NCBI RefSeq assembly: GCF_902459465.1
Contig: NC_047074.1
Span: 124,001-188,000, forward strand
Reading direction: 5' to 3'
Length of the DNA stretch: 64,000 nt
Source: Asterias rubens
Taxonomy: Eukaryota
Shown here: positions 1 to 13,743 of the stretch, piece by piece
Layout of the letters: each line of letters starts with the position of its first letter
Position numbering within the stretch: the stretch's first letter is position 1
Program-made: the position numbers and the translations under genes
The notes under the pieces: model-generated
What the model was told of the DNA's origin: nothing
Seen by the model: the letters and a program-made list of their open reading frames with translations, nothing else
Database searches by the model: none

Positions 1-1893
1 CATACCATTCCATTTGACAGCAAATATCTCTGTCATTTATCCAATGATTTTCTCATCTACTCTAAAAATAGACTTTGCATTCTTGCAGGCTCATGGGAAT
101 GACCTCTAAATTGAATACCATTGGTTCTTTAACGAAATTACTCCCTATAAATGATTCCACTATTTTGTCAAGTTTACTGTGTGTGCAATAATAATCCATG
201 TACAGCAATTCATATCAAAAAGGAACCCTGAGACCTTTTCACCCAGTCTCAATCTGACTATACTTCAGGGGTCATCTAAGGATGTATTTTGTAGTTTTCT
301 TGCACTATATTTATCGATAAGAAATACACAGTTATATTAGGACATTTGATGCATCATTTCATTTGCACATGAAGCACAAAACATCAACAAATTTATCTCA
401 AGTAAACCAAATGATGTGACCATGTGCTCAACATATTTGCGGCTTCCTACAAAAATAATTAATAAAAAAACTCTTAAAGCAAAAGGAATTCAAGCCTAGC
501 TATAGATGTCTTCAAAAGCCCCACGGTTCCCCATGTGACATTTCATTGCAATGCAAACAAAAACCCAAATGCTAACTGTGTGTACTTAGATGTCGCCGAC
601 GAGTGTTTCTATTGGCACAATATGAATAATTGAATCTGTAGAATTCCCTTGTGTGTTAAGGAGAATTCTTGAAGAGGGTGATGATAAGATATGACTGTGC
701 GGTTTACTGGAAAATGCAAATAAGTCTGAAAGGTGGTGAGTCAAGATGGAAGCATCTGTGAATGTGGCCTATATTTCTACCTCCATGGTATAACCATAGA
801 GCAAGCAAGGACTGTAACCAAAGAGCAATGACTGTATTAACTTATAGCTATAGTTCACAGTCTACATTTACAATATTGACAACACAAGAGGGCACTACAT
901 TGTTTTGAAATTAGCTCATCAAAGAAAATGATTACAGAATTGTTTGCATAATGGCAAAAGGGATGTGGTTTATACAGTGTATATGATGATATGTTTTAGT
1001 CCTCTGATCTCATTTCATTTATGTAGTTTGTTTTGTGCTGCAATTCTTAAGACCTTCACTGTCAGGACAATATAGTAATTAAACAAATTATAATCAAGTT
1101 AAAACACTTTCCACTGTTCTTTTCAATAACTGTAGATTTCAGAGGTAATTCCAATGTACGCATGTATCATGCAAATGTACAAAGTTTGAAATTTGCTTTA
1201 ATTAAAAAATATTGAAATAAAATTTGTTATCAATGCTATGAATCTAAATCAAATTCACCACAGTAGCATAAATAAATAAAAAGGAGAAGATTTCCTTTTT
1301 GTTCAGTACTTGTGGCTCTTTAACTGATAGCATTAATCAGGTACAATCACTTCATCCTTGTTGCCCTAAGCTGTAATTATGTACATTCAACTACATGGTG
1401 AATTTACATCTCTAATGGTGACAGTTCTATCTTAAGATTTAATAATGAGGTGTTGTTGATTTACCAACTGATGTGATTAAATGCTCAACACCCAAACGCA
1501 ACATTTGTTCTACACAATAATTGATTTATAGTCGGGGGAAATGCCGGCGGTATTATGCGCTCCCTTGCTGCCAAGGGCAACTGCGGTGTGACTGACCAGT
1601 AAAAACAGATTTTTGAAAAAGCTGATATTTATCTTGCATTATTGTATGCTCTTACAAATGTTATCGTGGCTGCACACTTTGTTAAAAAAGACAGACAAGC
1701 ATTAAATGGTGAAAAACAGAGCACTATTTCTTGATTAAATTAGGGATTTTCTTTATTCTCAGTCATCAAAGATATGCTAGACTGGTTTGCAAACTATTTG
1801 GATAAAACTTCTTTTTAAGCAATGTTAACGTTTCCAATCACTTGTTAAATATGGGGAAACAAATTCAAAAGTGAAATCCTATTTGTATCACCC

Positions 1894-2090
1894 ATAGGAT
1901 TGTCACGTAACATGGTCCTATTAGTATCTCTAAAAGGCTGGGCCTGATTCTGTCCCACATAGGATTGTCACGTAACATGGTCCTATTAGTATCTCTAAAA
2001 GGCTGGGCCTGATTCTGTCCCACATAGGATTGTCACGTAACATGGTCCTATTAGTATCTCTAAAAGGCTGGGCCTGATTCTGTCCCACAT
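1894..2090. repeat. Tandem repeat, 3 identical 65-bp units
   Basis: Unit ATAGGATTGTCACG...CTGTCCCAC starts at 1894, 1959 and 2024. Confidence 0.97.
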
Positions 2091-2556
2091 TATTTTTCAA
2101 CTCTTTTTACTCATGTTTCACTTTGAGTTTGATAGCCTGAGAACACCCACTGACACAACCTTAGTGACATTAATTTCACACTTATGACTTGAATGACACT
2201 CATCAATCATAAATGTTCATTCAAACTCTAAGCACTAAACACAATAATCACATTTCTAGCTTCATTCCAGTCAGCACAAAGAAACCCATTCACCACCCAA
2301 CCCTTAAATTCCAAGTGAATTGAATTTCTATTTATTGGACTTGACTGCAGTACTACATGTAAATACCAGCAATTATACACAGGAACTATTGCAAGCAGCT
2401 GCATTACAATACAGACCAGAATATTCACATGGTTTTCAAAATGCAGCCATAATGTATCCATGACAATTATAATAAAATTCATCACATTAGAATTTATCTA
2501 TCCTGCTACAATAACAGAAATGTGATTTGATGATTGTGAAATTTCATGACTCTATC

Positions 2557-2730
2557 AGCTTGTTCCAGTGGTTAGACTGCAGGACTTGCAATCACAATGT
2601 TGTGGGTTTGAATCCAACTAAGCTAACCACTGATTTCACAGGAGATTTACCTACCCTGTGCGCCACAAGAAAAACACAGCTAGCGATTTAGACACAGCGT
2701 GGATAAAGTGCAAGGCAAGCTCAAAGAGAT
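2557..2730 (+). mobile_element. tRNA-derived SINE-like relic
   Basis: TGTTCCAGTGGTTAG (A-box-like) and GGGTTTGAATCC (B-box-like, 2604-2615) at tRNA spacing; no acceptor stem. 3' limit approximate. Confidence 0.6.
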
Positions 2731-4130
2731 TTTGAGAAAATCCTAAAAATCATGGAAAATCCCAAGAAAGCCATTTCCATGCATTTCTCAAGGAAACACA
2801 AGAGGTGTGATTATACTACACAGGTAGTGTACTGACAGTCATGTCACAGCAATGTAGTAAGTACCTTCAATTAACTATGTGTACAGGTGCACAAAAATGT
2901 TGATTCATCAAGCTTACCCTAAACAATTCTGGTCAACAGAGGTCTCACTTCATAATTTGGGGTGATGCAATTCTGTTTAAAAAAATCCCTAAAGACCCAA
3001 TCTCAGTTATGTCGCTTGTTTTTAGTCTCAACTATCATGGTTTAACAAATAATGGAATAAACAACGTCAATGTTGGTTATTACTTTATTTTATAAGAATG
3101 GGGTCACATCAGTACAAGGGATACACCAGTTGGGACTGGCAATTTCATTAAAATAGGTCAACAAACTAAACTACGCCACCATGGTCATACATTTCACAAT
3201 CACATATTTTTTTTAACCTGATACCCCAGTGGTTGTTATGCAACAAACAAACTTTTATTGTTGTTTTATTTCATCTTGAGTTGTTTTAGGGTTGTTTTGG
3301 GTTTATTTTTTCAGCATTTATACCACAGGTCATTTGGGTTTGAACAGCAGGTTGCAAAAGCTAATTCCACTTTGCCTACAACCCACAGTTGTTATATTCA
3401 CTGCATACAATACATTGAAGTACTAATGTGACTAAGTAGAATAATGAATTTGATGAATTTAAATTCAACTGATAAGTATGTTAAAAGATCTATCCTCAAT
3501 TATTTTTAAATTACACAATACCAAATATGTAAAGGTTGTTTTCAAAAACAAATTTACATACATGTTCGTTCTTGTGAAATTTGTGAAGACATTTTTTTTT
3601 TATTTGACAATATATGATATCGACTTGGACTTTGGCTCTGGTTAAATACCATTCAAATACACAAGACCTGGTAACTTATTACGCATTTATCTACTAAGTC
3701 AATAGTCCAAGATGTATTAAGATAGAAGAAACAGGAATGTACCGTCTGTTTCACAATCCTTGATCTGTCTCCATTTATACAAGGGTTCTTTTCTCATAGG
3801 AGTTTGGATCGAGTGGGAATCATACAAAAGCTACATATTAGCACAACAAAATATTACTTCACTAAACATTGCAAGCTATACATTGCCCATTTGCTTACAG
3901 CTATTAATCCCAATAACACCCCTACCATAACAAATTACCTGCTTAGCAAAAACTGGCAACAAGTCAAACGCAAGAATCAATACGACAATCGAGTCTCAGG
4001 CCATGCCGACTGCTCAATTGGAAATGATAAATGACCAAACTATTAATACTGAATATTTTTGTAATTACTGACTTACTTTTGAGATGCAGCACATGCAAAA
4101 CAAGGTCCCACTAGTCTTCATCTTTCTTAC

Positions 4131-4400
4131 CATGGCTCTACACTAGACTCACTGATGTTATTATAAGGAACAAAATCCTGCCACCACAACCGCTGCTTGC
4201 CAAACCCTTGTCTCAATCCGTGATCATTGATGAGTACAAGATTGCCGTAAAACACTGCCCGTCCTCACAGCGCACGTGGAATAACATTTACATTGCATTT
4301 AGGTGTCAGATACCCATGGTCAAACTCCCTCTTGCCGTCAAGTGGCTGTGATTTTCCATTTGTTCTGCGTGATTGTCACAGTGTGAGATAGAGATGTAAG
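4131..4400 (-). other. Candidate alternative 5' exon of Dlg ending in a lone start codon
   Basis: GCCATG|GTAAGA at 4136-4125, in-frame TAG just upstream, CpG-richer upstream sequence. The 5' limit is arbitrary. Confidence 0.33.
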
Positions 4401-5799
4401 GATGGTTGTGATACTCAACAGCTCTGTTGACACTAAACATTGACAGCAATTTGATCAAATTCACATCAGAACTAGTCACCTAAGAGTCTTGGGACGAGAG
4501 ACTTTGTAAGGCGGAGTGAGATGCTCACAACTTTGTCACAGAACGCTGCACCATCATGAATATTCTATACATCATCTAATCTCTAAGTGCTAAATCAAGA
4601 AGTGTCTTATTCCAACCGTGCTTTATGTTTATTATCATAAACCTCCACTCCCATCAAATAGTCATGTTTTATTTAACAAACTGTATTATTGATGCCCGCC
4701 ATAAAAATGGACATGATATAAATTGAAATACTCCTGGGATTTTTTTTGTACTGATTTGAATGAGGTTGATACTACATGTACTAATTACATGAGACTACCT
4801 CAGCATCGATGAATGACTTATACAATAAAGTTGTACTACAAATCAGCAAATACTCATTTGAATTTGGATTACATCACTACCAATAATTTACTGCAAACAT
4901 CTAAATTTCCAATTAAGGAGTCGGCCGATTGAAACATAAAAAACGCAATTCTGCCAACAACCAATAAGGAATTATTCTGTCAATAAAAAATAAAAAAGTA
5001 AGTCACCAGTTCCTTTTGTTTTAAGGCTTTTCATTCAGGGTTTTTTAAGGTATTTGAAAACAATGTTTCACTTCAAAATGAACGTTGCAAAATTTAGTAT
5101 GGAACCAGTTATACCTGGTAACAATGTATTGCAAATTGACCGCTAGCCTGGTTCTGAACGATCAATTTGTTTACCCTTTATAGCAAGATCCATCAATCAA
5201 GTAGACTTTAATCGTTGTTTGTTCCAAGCAATATGAGGTTGAAATCGCCAAATGGACAGGTCCTCCTTTTCGGTAGACTAAGATTCCGTATTAACCGGTT
5301 TGATCTGGGAGTTCCACATTTTCCTGGTACCTTCCTTAGGTTTAGTTTTAGGAACACTAACCCTGTCTGTTTCACAGGTCAACACAGTGTGATGTCCCGA
5401 GTGCATGACCAGTGCTTGCTACACGGTGAGCCTTCTGAGGGAGTCAAACATGTCCACCAATGTCAAGCTCACCCCACGCAATACGTTATGGGTGTGTTAT
5501 CACATCAACCATTACTCACACATGAACACCTTGTACATTGACGTGTCTATATATACGCCTTGTCTTTATGTGTTTACACGTCATCTGGAAGTGAGTGGCA
5601 AACTATATTGCGGGGAACACAACCCCATGGTGGATGCATTGATTTACCTTCTAAGCGTAGTCCATGATCCTTACCCAATCAATTGTTCTTAGTATGTCAT
5701 TTCATTGATCTGATGATCCTGGTCTTATTTACAGTGTGCATTTTAGACATGCACCATATCTTAACATGCAATTTGACTTCCAAGAAACAGCTGTGTGAC

Positions 5800-6192
5800 T
5801 TAAAGGAACACGTTGCCTTGGATTGGTCGAGTTGGTCTTTGAAAAGCGTCGTAATCGTTTTTTATAAAATGCATGTGGGTAGAAAGATGTTGTAAAAGTA
5901 GAATACAGTGATCCACACAAACATGCCTCGAAAATGCATGGTTTTCCTTTTACCTCGTTGACTAACAGAGTCGGCCATTTATGGGAGTCAAATTTTTGAC
6001 TCCCATAAATGGCTGACCGTGTTAGTTCGCACAGTTAAAGGAAAACCACGCAATTTCAAGGCAAACTTGTGTGGATCTTTGTATTCTACTTTTTTTTAAA
6101 GCATCTTTCCAACCTTATGCATTTAAAAAAAAACCGTTACAAACGTTTTTTATAGACCAACTCGTCCGATCCAAGGCAACGTGTTCCTTTAA
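5800..6192. mobile_element. Foldback MITE with TTAA target sites (Kolobok/T2-like termini)
   Basis: TTAA-AGGAACACGTTGCCTTGGAT ... ATCCAAGGCAACGTGTTCCT-TTAA; arms pair to a centre at ATGGGAGTCAAATTTTTGACTCCCAT. Confidence 0.93.
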
Positions 6193-7614
6193 CTAACTAA
6201 AACAAGCATAGGTTATCCTGTTTAGATCTCAATACACACCACAACATAATGATTCAACTCTAATTCAGATCAAGATTCAATAAATACCCACACACAATCA
6301 TTCAACGCGATATCTGTATTAATATTAATGGCCTTCTAACACACTCAAATCACACACACACATTCTACTATGCCTCCACAACACACAAACTAGCCAAGTC
6401 TTACCCATACACTCTCTAGTCTTTACCACCATTTGTGATCGATTTGAAAGCATTCCAACTGGCTTTTGAAATCCATTGAAACCCCTCAAGTAAAAACCTA
6501 CCTGATCTATGGAGTCTATAACAGGGCCATGGACCCCTGTATGCTGTGCTTTCTTACCCCCTTTGAAGATTGAAACCACTGGGACTAAATCCACATACTT
6601 CTCCAGGTTATGATTTTGTAACTTCAATGGTTAACGCATTTATCACCACTAGGCAAACCCTATGGTATGATCACACAATACACCTTTGCCCTGATTGTAA
6701 CAATAGAAACACCAGACTATTGTACATGCCTTCTACACACACAAACCTATCAGTACATGAGTATGTACACATGTACATGTCTATCTGCAGACCTTCTATA
6801 ATTGTTCACTGAACAGTGGTAGTAATTGTACCCATAGCCTGGCACTATCCTCTCTGGAGTATCACTGCATGCCCGAATGGCCACATTGTTAACATGTACA
6901 GCTGGTAAAAAGCTTATGATCCTGAAGCAAACAACAGAGTTATTTATATCCAATGGGCGTTTATAACTGTAAAGCACAGTTATTAAATTAATCCCATCTG
7001 GAATAATGAACTAAAAGCTTTAACCAATACAATTGTTTATGTTCTTTAAGAATGAACTTGTCTTCACATTTTTAACTTTAGCTTGCAAAAATACAACACA
7101 AGCCAGGAGTAAAAAAAAACTTGAATATGTAAAGTATTGATGCCTCAAGCTGAATTGCCCTTGTACAGCATGTTATCTCAAAATACATCACAATGAAATT
7201 TCTACTACAGATGACAATCATGAAATGTTGAGAAAAAGCCTTTTAGAATCATAGCCTACATTGTTTACAAAAAATACAACATTTAACAAGTCAAAACTAT
7301 GCCCAGTGGTCATTCAGATGCTTTACGACAAACATTATTTAATTATGTAATGCTTAGCAACATTTTACTGCAAACAGTCACCAACGCCATAATAACATAA
7401 CCCACTGCTATCTGCTAAGCAAGTTTTGTAGACCATAGCAAATTCAAACATCCAGCAGCTCCATAAAATAATGAAATCATAGAGCAAGTATGAAATTCAC
7501 AGATCCTTAAGCTCAGAATTCCCTGTACACATAGCATAGTGTAATCTGTTTATCTTCACTGCTTATTCTAGTTGGAGCAACTCATCCCTAGAAACAGGAA
7601 GATTATCAGCTTAC

Positions 7615-7644
7615 CTGTAATTCCTGCTTGTCACTAGCCATCAT
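7615..7644 (-). CDS. Candidate alternative first exon of Dlg (MMASDKQELQ), phase 0
   Basis: GCTATGATGG start, 10 codons, near-consensus donor CAG|GTAAGC in phase 0. Confidence 0.42.
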
Positions 7645-10600
7645 AGCTTGCCTTCCGTTCAGTACGTGTTTAAGTGTAACACTGATTAATACAGATTGAC
7701 ATTACATCATATAATACCTCCTTACTGATCTAGATAGTATGTATACAACCATGGAGGTCTTGACACTCAGTGCCCTTTCCAATCTTAAATACAGTCATCG
7801 CTCTAAATCACGGTTCAATCCAACCAATACAGTAGGATGGTCACTTTCTTATTCACAAAGCTGCCAGCTTACTTGCACATTTTTTATTTATATTAACTAT
7901 TTAAGCCAAAACAAAGATATTATTTCCTTACATTTAGAATTTAAAAATTGAATTGAAAAAAACAAAAAAATTATTAAGAATCTATTTATTTTAAATGATT
8001 TAAAATTTAGTATTAAAATTTAAGTTTTTAATCTAAAAATTATTTTCAGTAGACAGATTAGGAAACTTTCAATTTAGGCTTATATTTCTAAGTAACAAAT
8101 GAAAGTAAACAATAATATTCAGTCAAGAGCAAACATTTTGTATTTATCTCAGAAATAAAAACCATGCTTTTTGTCTTACTTTTTATTCCAAAAATATTTT
8201 GTGTCTAATGTTTCCTGTTTTTAGGTTTTATTATAACTAGGACTTCAGGTTGCAAACATTTTCTTCTTACTTCTTATCTTTTTAAATTCTATTCAAAATT
8301 TAATTTATCCCCCAAATGATTTTATTTCTTCAAATAAAGTGAACCTTGACGAATTTGATTCCAAATAGATGGTCTACCACAACCATGAGAATCAAGCAAA
8401 GAGAAATTTGCCAGAAGCATTTTGAGATTCTTCTCCAAAACAGTATTGATCGGTTGCACTTCTATAAAAAGTGCATGCGCACACTGTGAATGTCAGCCAA
8501 TCCTAGCGCGGAGTAATACCTTGATTTAAGGTATATATCTAGTCAAAGCAAGATAAATCTAATAAATTCTGTCCAGGAGGATATTGTTACAGCTTCTATG
8601 CCTCAGTAACACGCTCAAAAAAATCCCTCTTCTTAGTCCGCTGCCAAGCAATTGTACTAGAGCTTCTTGGTTTCCATGAAACGCTTTCAAGTCAATAAGC
8701 TATTTCTCCTTTCCATCTCCAACCAAACTGAAATCTTAGCCGAGACTTTATGCTTATTTTTTCCGTTAGAGCTTTGTTCTCACCTCAGGCAGCTTGGACT
8801 AAAAAACTGATGCTGTTCTACTTCAAACAATCCAACAGATTTTAAACAAGCACTTTCTTATAAATCTGCATTTGCTTTTTCCTGAGGACAAAGCACCCCT
8901 GACTAACATTCATAGCAGCGGATTGAAACTTGACACTCCAAAAACAGAAACATCAATAGAGGTGCCCCAAACAAGTTATCCTGCCTGTATTGAATGACTT
9001 TCATGGACATAAAAACATCTTTCAAATCATTACTATTTCACTCTTTTTCATTTAGGTGTACACTACTGAACCATATGAAAGAGTTTATGTGAGGTTAAAT
9101 TTGAGTATTTCATGAGACATTAAAAGTGTTAAATTAACACCAAATAAGATTTCACAATTAATCAGATAATCTTTTAGTGATCAACAAAACTCCACAATTT
9201 CTTTGACTTTCCACCCAGATGAAAGCTGATACAATGACATTTAGAAAGCTATCCATTGATATTTATTTTCTTTCATTTCTTGTTCCCCCACCGAGTGATA
9301 AACAGGCAGAGCTCAATCTTAACTAGCCTCTTTAAGAACTACCACAATCAACATTAAATTGGTCCAGGCTAGGTCTTGCCAGTGGGTTTTTGTAACATTT
9401 TAATCCTGCAAGAAAAAAGGTCAAAACAAGGCTGTACTTCATAACAGAGGTATCAATTCTGGCATTTTAAGCCAGAGAGAGAAAAACGGAGTCAGGTTTA
9501 GTCTTCTTCCTGCAGGCAGAATAGAAAGTTAGCAGCATTCAAGATGCCAAAAGGTCTCTCCATACCTCTCAGGCAAAAACATCTTGAAGTTCAGTAACAA
9601 TATTGTGTTGAAAATACAGAACTTTACCTTTTTAAAAATGGAAGGATGTGCAAAATCAACTAGAAAGGTATACCCCAAAAAATCATGTTACCATGTAGCA
9701 GTTAATGATATAATCTCACATTGCTAATAAAGGGAAAGTGATAAAACATGAGATGAATGCACACTAAACTAATAATAATGACAGCATTATGTAGGATTGC
9801 TTACAAGAACACACCATCTGCATTCTGCAATAACCATTCATAGTTATCCTGTTTGCCTCAGGCATTTAGATCTTTCAATTTATTCAAACCACAACTGTAA
9901 TGTTTCATTGAGATTTGTTTCATGGGTTCATCAAAGTTCATACTTTCAAATTCATGGAATAAATCCAGTGCTACAATGTAAAAAATCTGCAGAGGGTTGT
10001 ATGGTGATGTAGAGAAACTAAACAGGTGGTGAATCCCAATGTTCAAAGTGTTTTTTTTTCCTTTCATTCTTTTTAATATTTATCAATTTAACCATATCAA
10101 TCAACTTTGTAGACACTTATCTGAGCCTACTTTATCACAGGTGCTCAAACATCTAGTGTTACATGATTGGTGTTAAGCCTTCAGCGACTTTTGCATATAA
10201 TCATTTATCAGTGTCTCAGAAATGTTTCTCAGGGGAGAGTGAAATAAACAACTTTCATTTGATGGCTACAATTTTCTCTAGGAAACCAGGCTTTGAAGCT
10301 TAGAATCCTTCCGACATTAAATCTCTAGTCTGAGTCACATTCAGTGGCAGGAAACACTTGATGAACATTCTACGTGCATAGTAATAACATGAATGTTCAA
10401 GTAGTATGTTCTATGAGGAAACAATGAGAGTGGTGTGATATTTCAGAACTCAACAACTTCACAGGTCTGTAAGATGAGTAGCTTTGAGCTCAGGGGGTCA
10501 AGACTTGGGGGAGGGTCGTTAGTCTCAACTCAAATAAAATAACCTGTACTAGAATTAGAATCAGTCAATTTAAAACAACAATGTAAACAACAACAGACAT

Positions 10601-13600
10601 TTTCTGTTTTCATATAATTATGTGGCAGTGATCAATCACAATGTAAATTCTTACACCTGTCTTTTTATGATGTCATAAATATTTCATTAATAGGAAAACA
10701 CTGAAATGTCCTTCCTGTTCAGCTCAGGCCAATTTACTTTTAAGCAGTCAAAGGTCTACTCAACATTTCCAAGAAAACCCTTGAATTTATTCATCTTTGC
10801 TTTTCACTAACAACAAGCTACCATCCAGACAAAACTCAACACTTATCACACAGTTTGTTCAAATCAAATGATTAATGAAGGAAATGGTTAACCTTTACGA
10901 GTCATGTTTCAAATAAGCTTGACTTTTATATTTTAAATTGGAGGGGGTGCACATGTGAATTAAGTACTGCCACCCTTAAACTCACATTAACTCCATTTGG
11001 AAACGTCCTCCTCCTGGCAGTGAAACCTGCAGACATCTCCTCCACAAAATCCAACAGAATCAAACAAATTAAATGACAAACGACTCTGGGACTCCAGAGT
11101 CTCCACAACCATCCAAAACGCAGCAGTGAGTGTCAAACCCTGTAACATGAAGCAGTTAAATGCTCAGGGGCTTTATGCTGCTGACTAACTGTAGTGAATA
11201 AAGATTCTCACTCAGGGAATCTGGCCAATGTGACCTTGAAATTGACCTTTGACATGACCCTGTCATGGTTGCTGAATCACATAAATGGAGACCAGGCTGT
11301 ATTTCACCATAGTTTACCATTGAGTGGTGTATAATGGCTACGACAGGTGTCTTTTTTCTAGTCTAGAAAAAGAAAATATAAGAAACTTCTGAAAGTTTTC
11401 AAAAGCATGAAAGAGGGGGCAGGGCAGAGAATGTTAGATTAATTAAAGGAAAAGTGTTGCCATTTTGTTCTTTTTACAGAGATAATACAGAAAAATTGGT
11501 ACGGTTATGTCTGTGCATGAAGAACAAAATCTGAAGATGTTTTATGCAGAAATGCTTTTTATATTGAAATATTATTGTCCAATCCTTTCTCTATCTTTGA
11601 AGTGAACCAGTTTAAAAAATATTATTCTTTATCAGCAGCTACAGTCTTGTTACCAAGTAACATTTTTAGAGTAATGACAAAAGGTACACCCTCCTATTAA
11701 CAATCCAGTGTTCGTTATTGCTCCAACCAGCAAACAGGAAAACAAAACATGGCAAACAAATATTGTTAAATTAATAAACTGAAGATCAAATTTCAGTATG
11801 AAAACATGTGAGTTTGTCATCAAAAACTAACTCTGAAGTTGGTTTTCAGTGTAGATGTAAACTAAGCATTCCAATCTCTAAACCTGACACATTTAATAAT
11901 TCCAAAGCTTGGTCTAGTGTGTTATTTCTGCATCATTAGTTAGTGTTATAATCCAGTCAAGTCTGCATAGGCAGCGTCGCCTCATTCAAGCTTCTCTAAT
12001 GTTAAAAAACAGAAAATGACGCTTACACAATAAAACCCCTGGTAGCATAATTTTGTATGGCATATTCTATGAGAATGCATTATGCATTGATGGCCCTTTC
12101 TGTATAGAGGTCTGATCACGGACTCCATTCATACATGGAATGTTGACTTAAGGCACACTAGAATATTGACAGGAACTGGTCCCAGGTGGAATTATAAAAA
12201 AATATCAAATTGCTAGGTTTACATTGTCTGCACTTTTTAGGTTAAATTTACTGAGGGAAATTAAGTTTTGTTTCAAATAATGAATCAAAGAATACTTTTT
12301 TAAGGAAAAAATTATGATGGTTTGTTTTCGTTAGATCAGTAGTGTTGAATGTTAATATTAGTCATCATTGCAAAAATCAAAAGACTAAAACGATATAGGG
12401 TCCCCATTCTTCAATTATTCCAGCTCTAGATAAACATCCTAGCCTGGTCTTACATACATTCCATCCGGAAACAGCCTCAGATCGTACATGTACAATCAAG
12501 GCTCCACTACAATAACAACATAGAAGCGCCTTGAACTTGAGACTAGCGCTATACAACTCTAGTACATGACAATGTTGTATAATGATATGTAAAATGCATA
12601 GCAACCCCAGGGATGAATTTAATAAAGCTGAGATGCTATCAAAGCTAGTATGAATATATCACAGTCTGACATCAACTTACTACGTACAGTAACGTAATTC
12701 CATCTGAATATGAAGGAATTATTCATTAGCCCGCTTAGGTTTGCATGAATGGAAATTTGAATTGGACAATCTGAATTTAATATGCATGAATATATTGGAG
12801 ACAAATTATAAGATCTGATATTATCTAAAGCAAAATAAATATATTACTACCCTAAAGGGCATTTCTGTTTGTATTTTTTTTTCCCAACAAATAAAACAAT
12901 TTCCAGTTTCTGTTTAAAAATTAAATGGTTATTTGATGCTGTTTCTTGAAACATTGGCAATTGCAATGAATGCACACAACACCAGCCATTCAATCAGTAA
13001 TTTGAACTTATCAAGATCTCTGCACAAGTAAACATTTCTACAATGCCCTGAATGAAAATCACTGAAATGCATTAATGGCTTGATTTATTCAAGTATTTAG
13101 GCTAATTCATGTACATAAGAAAATGTACACGTGCAAGTTATAATGTATTTGAGAATGTGCATACGTACGCACTAGATTTTAATGACTGAAAATAAATTTT
13201 ACTTTTTCATGGTCTATAGCAATAGCGCCCTCGTGTGCTTCAAGAAAGGTATGTTTTCAATACAATGTGAATAAATATTATTTGGTCCTTAGTGTAGTTT
13301 TCTGATTTATCTGAGGGCAAAAAAAATATATTTAAAAACGCAGACTAAAGTAGAAAGAACATCATGCCTGATAATTATAAACCGATTACAAACACATTTC
13401 CTAAATCATCAGAATATTTAATGATTTAGTGAGGTCAGTTATTGCATTGCTTCCAATAACATTTCGAACAGTTAAAAATAAATATTCAACTCACTCTTTT
13501 CTTTCATAGCCATTCCTAATCATAACATAAAATTGATGTCTAAAAACTTCTAATAATTGTTCCCACCATACACATCACACAAAGATAAAGAGAGATATTA

Positions 13601-13605
13601 CCTAC

Positions 13606-13743
13606 TTTGTAAACCCTCCTCGGTGGTCCAAAGATTCCAAACCTCATCCTTTCTCGAGCTGTCCTCATATATGAACAGCGGATCTTCACAGGTTCCGACA
13701 ACGACCCAACAGAGCCCCTCGACTTGACTGAAATGTTATCCAT
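13606..13743 (-). CDS. Candidate alternative first exon of Dlg (MDNISVKSRGSVGSLSEPVKIRCSYMRTARERMRFGIFGPPRRVYK), phase 0
   Basis: GCCATGG start, 46 open codons, donor AAA|GTAGGT in phase 0, GC-richer than flanks. Confidence 0.5.

Noticed and set aside
2557-2630. Functional tRNA gene
   Set aside because: A- and B-box remnants only; no complete cloverleaf or oligo-T terminator.
1-4100. Dlg PDZ1 or KYRYQ-type exons
   Set aside because: No GLGF-like or other Dlg peptide found; presumably left of the window.
5215-5692. Overlapping 108- and 95-aa plus-strand ORFs
   Set aside because: No recognisable domain; antisense within an intron.
6325-6627. 100-aa minus-strand ORF as a Dlg exon
   Set aside because: TTG start, no homology, and the internal donor is in the wrong phase.
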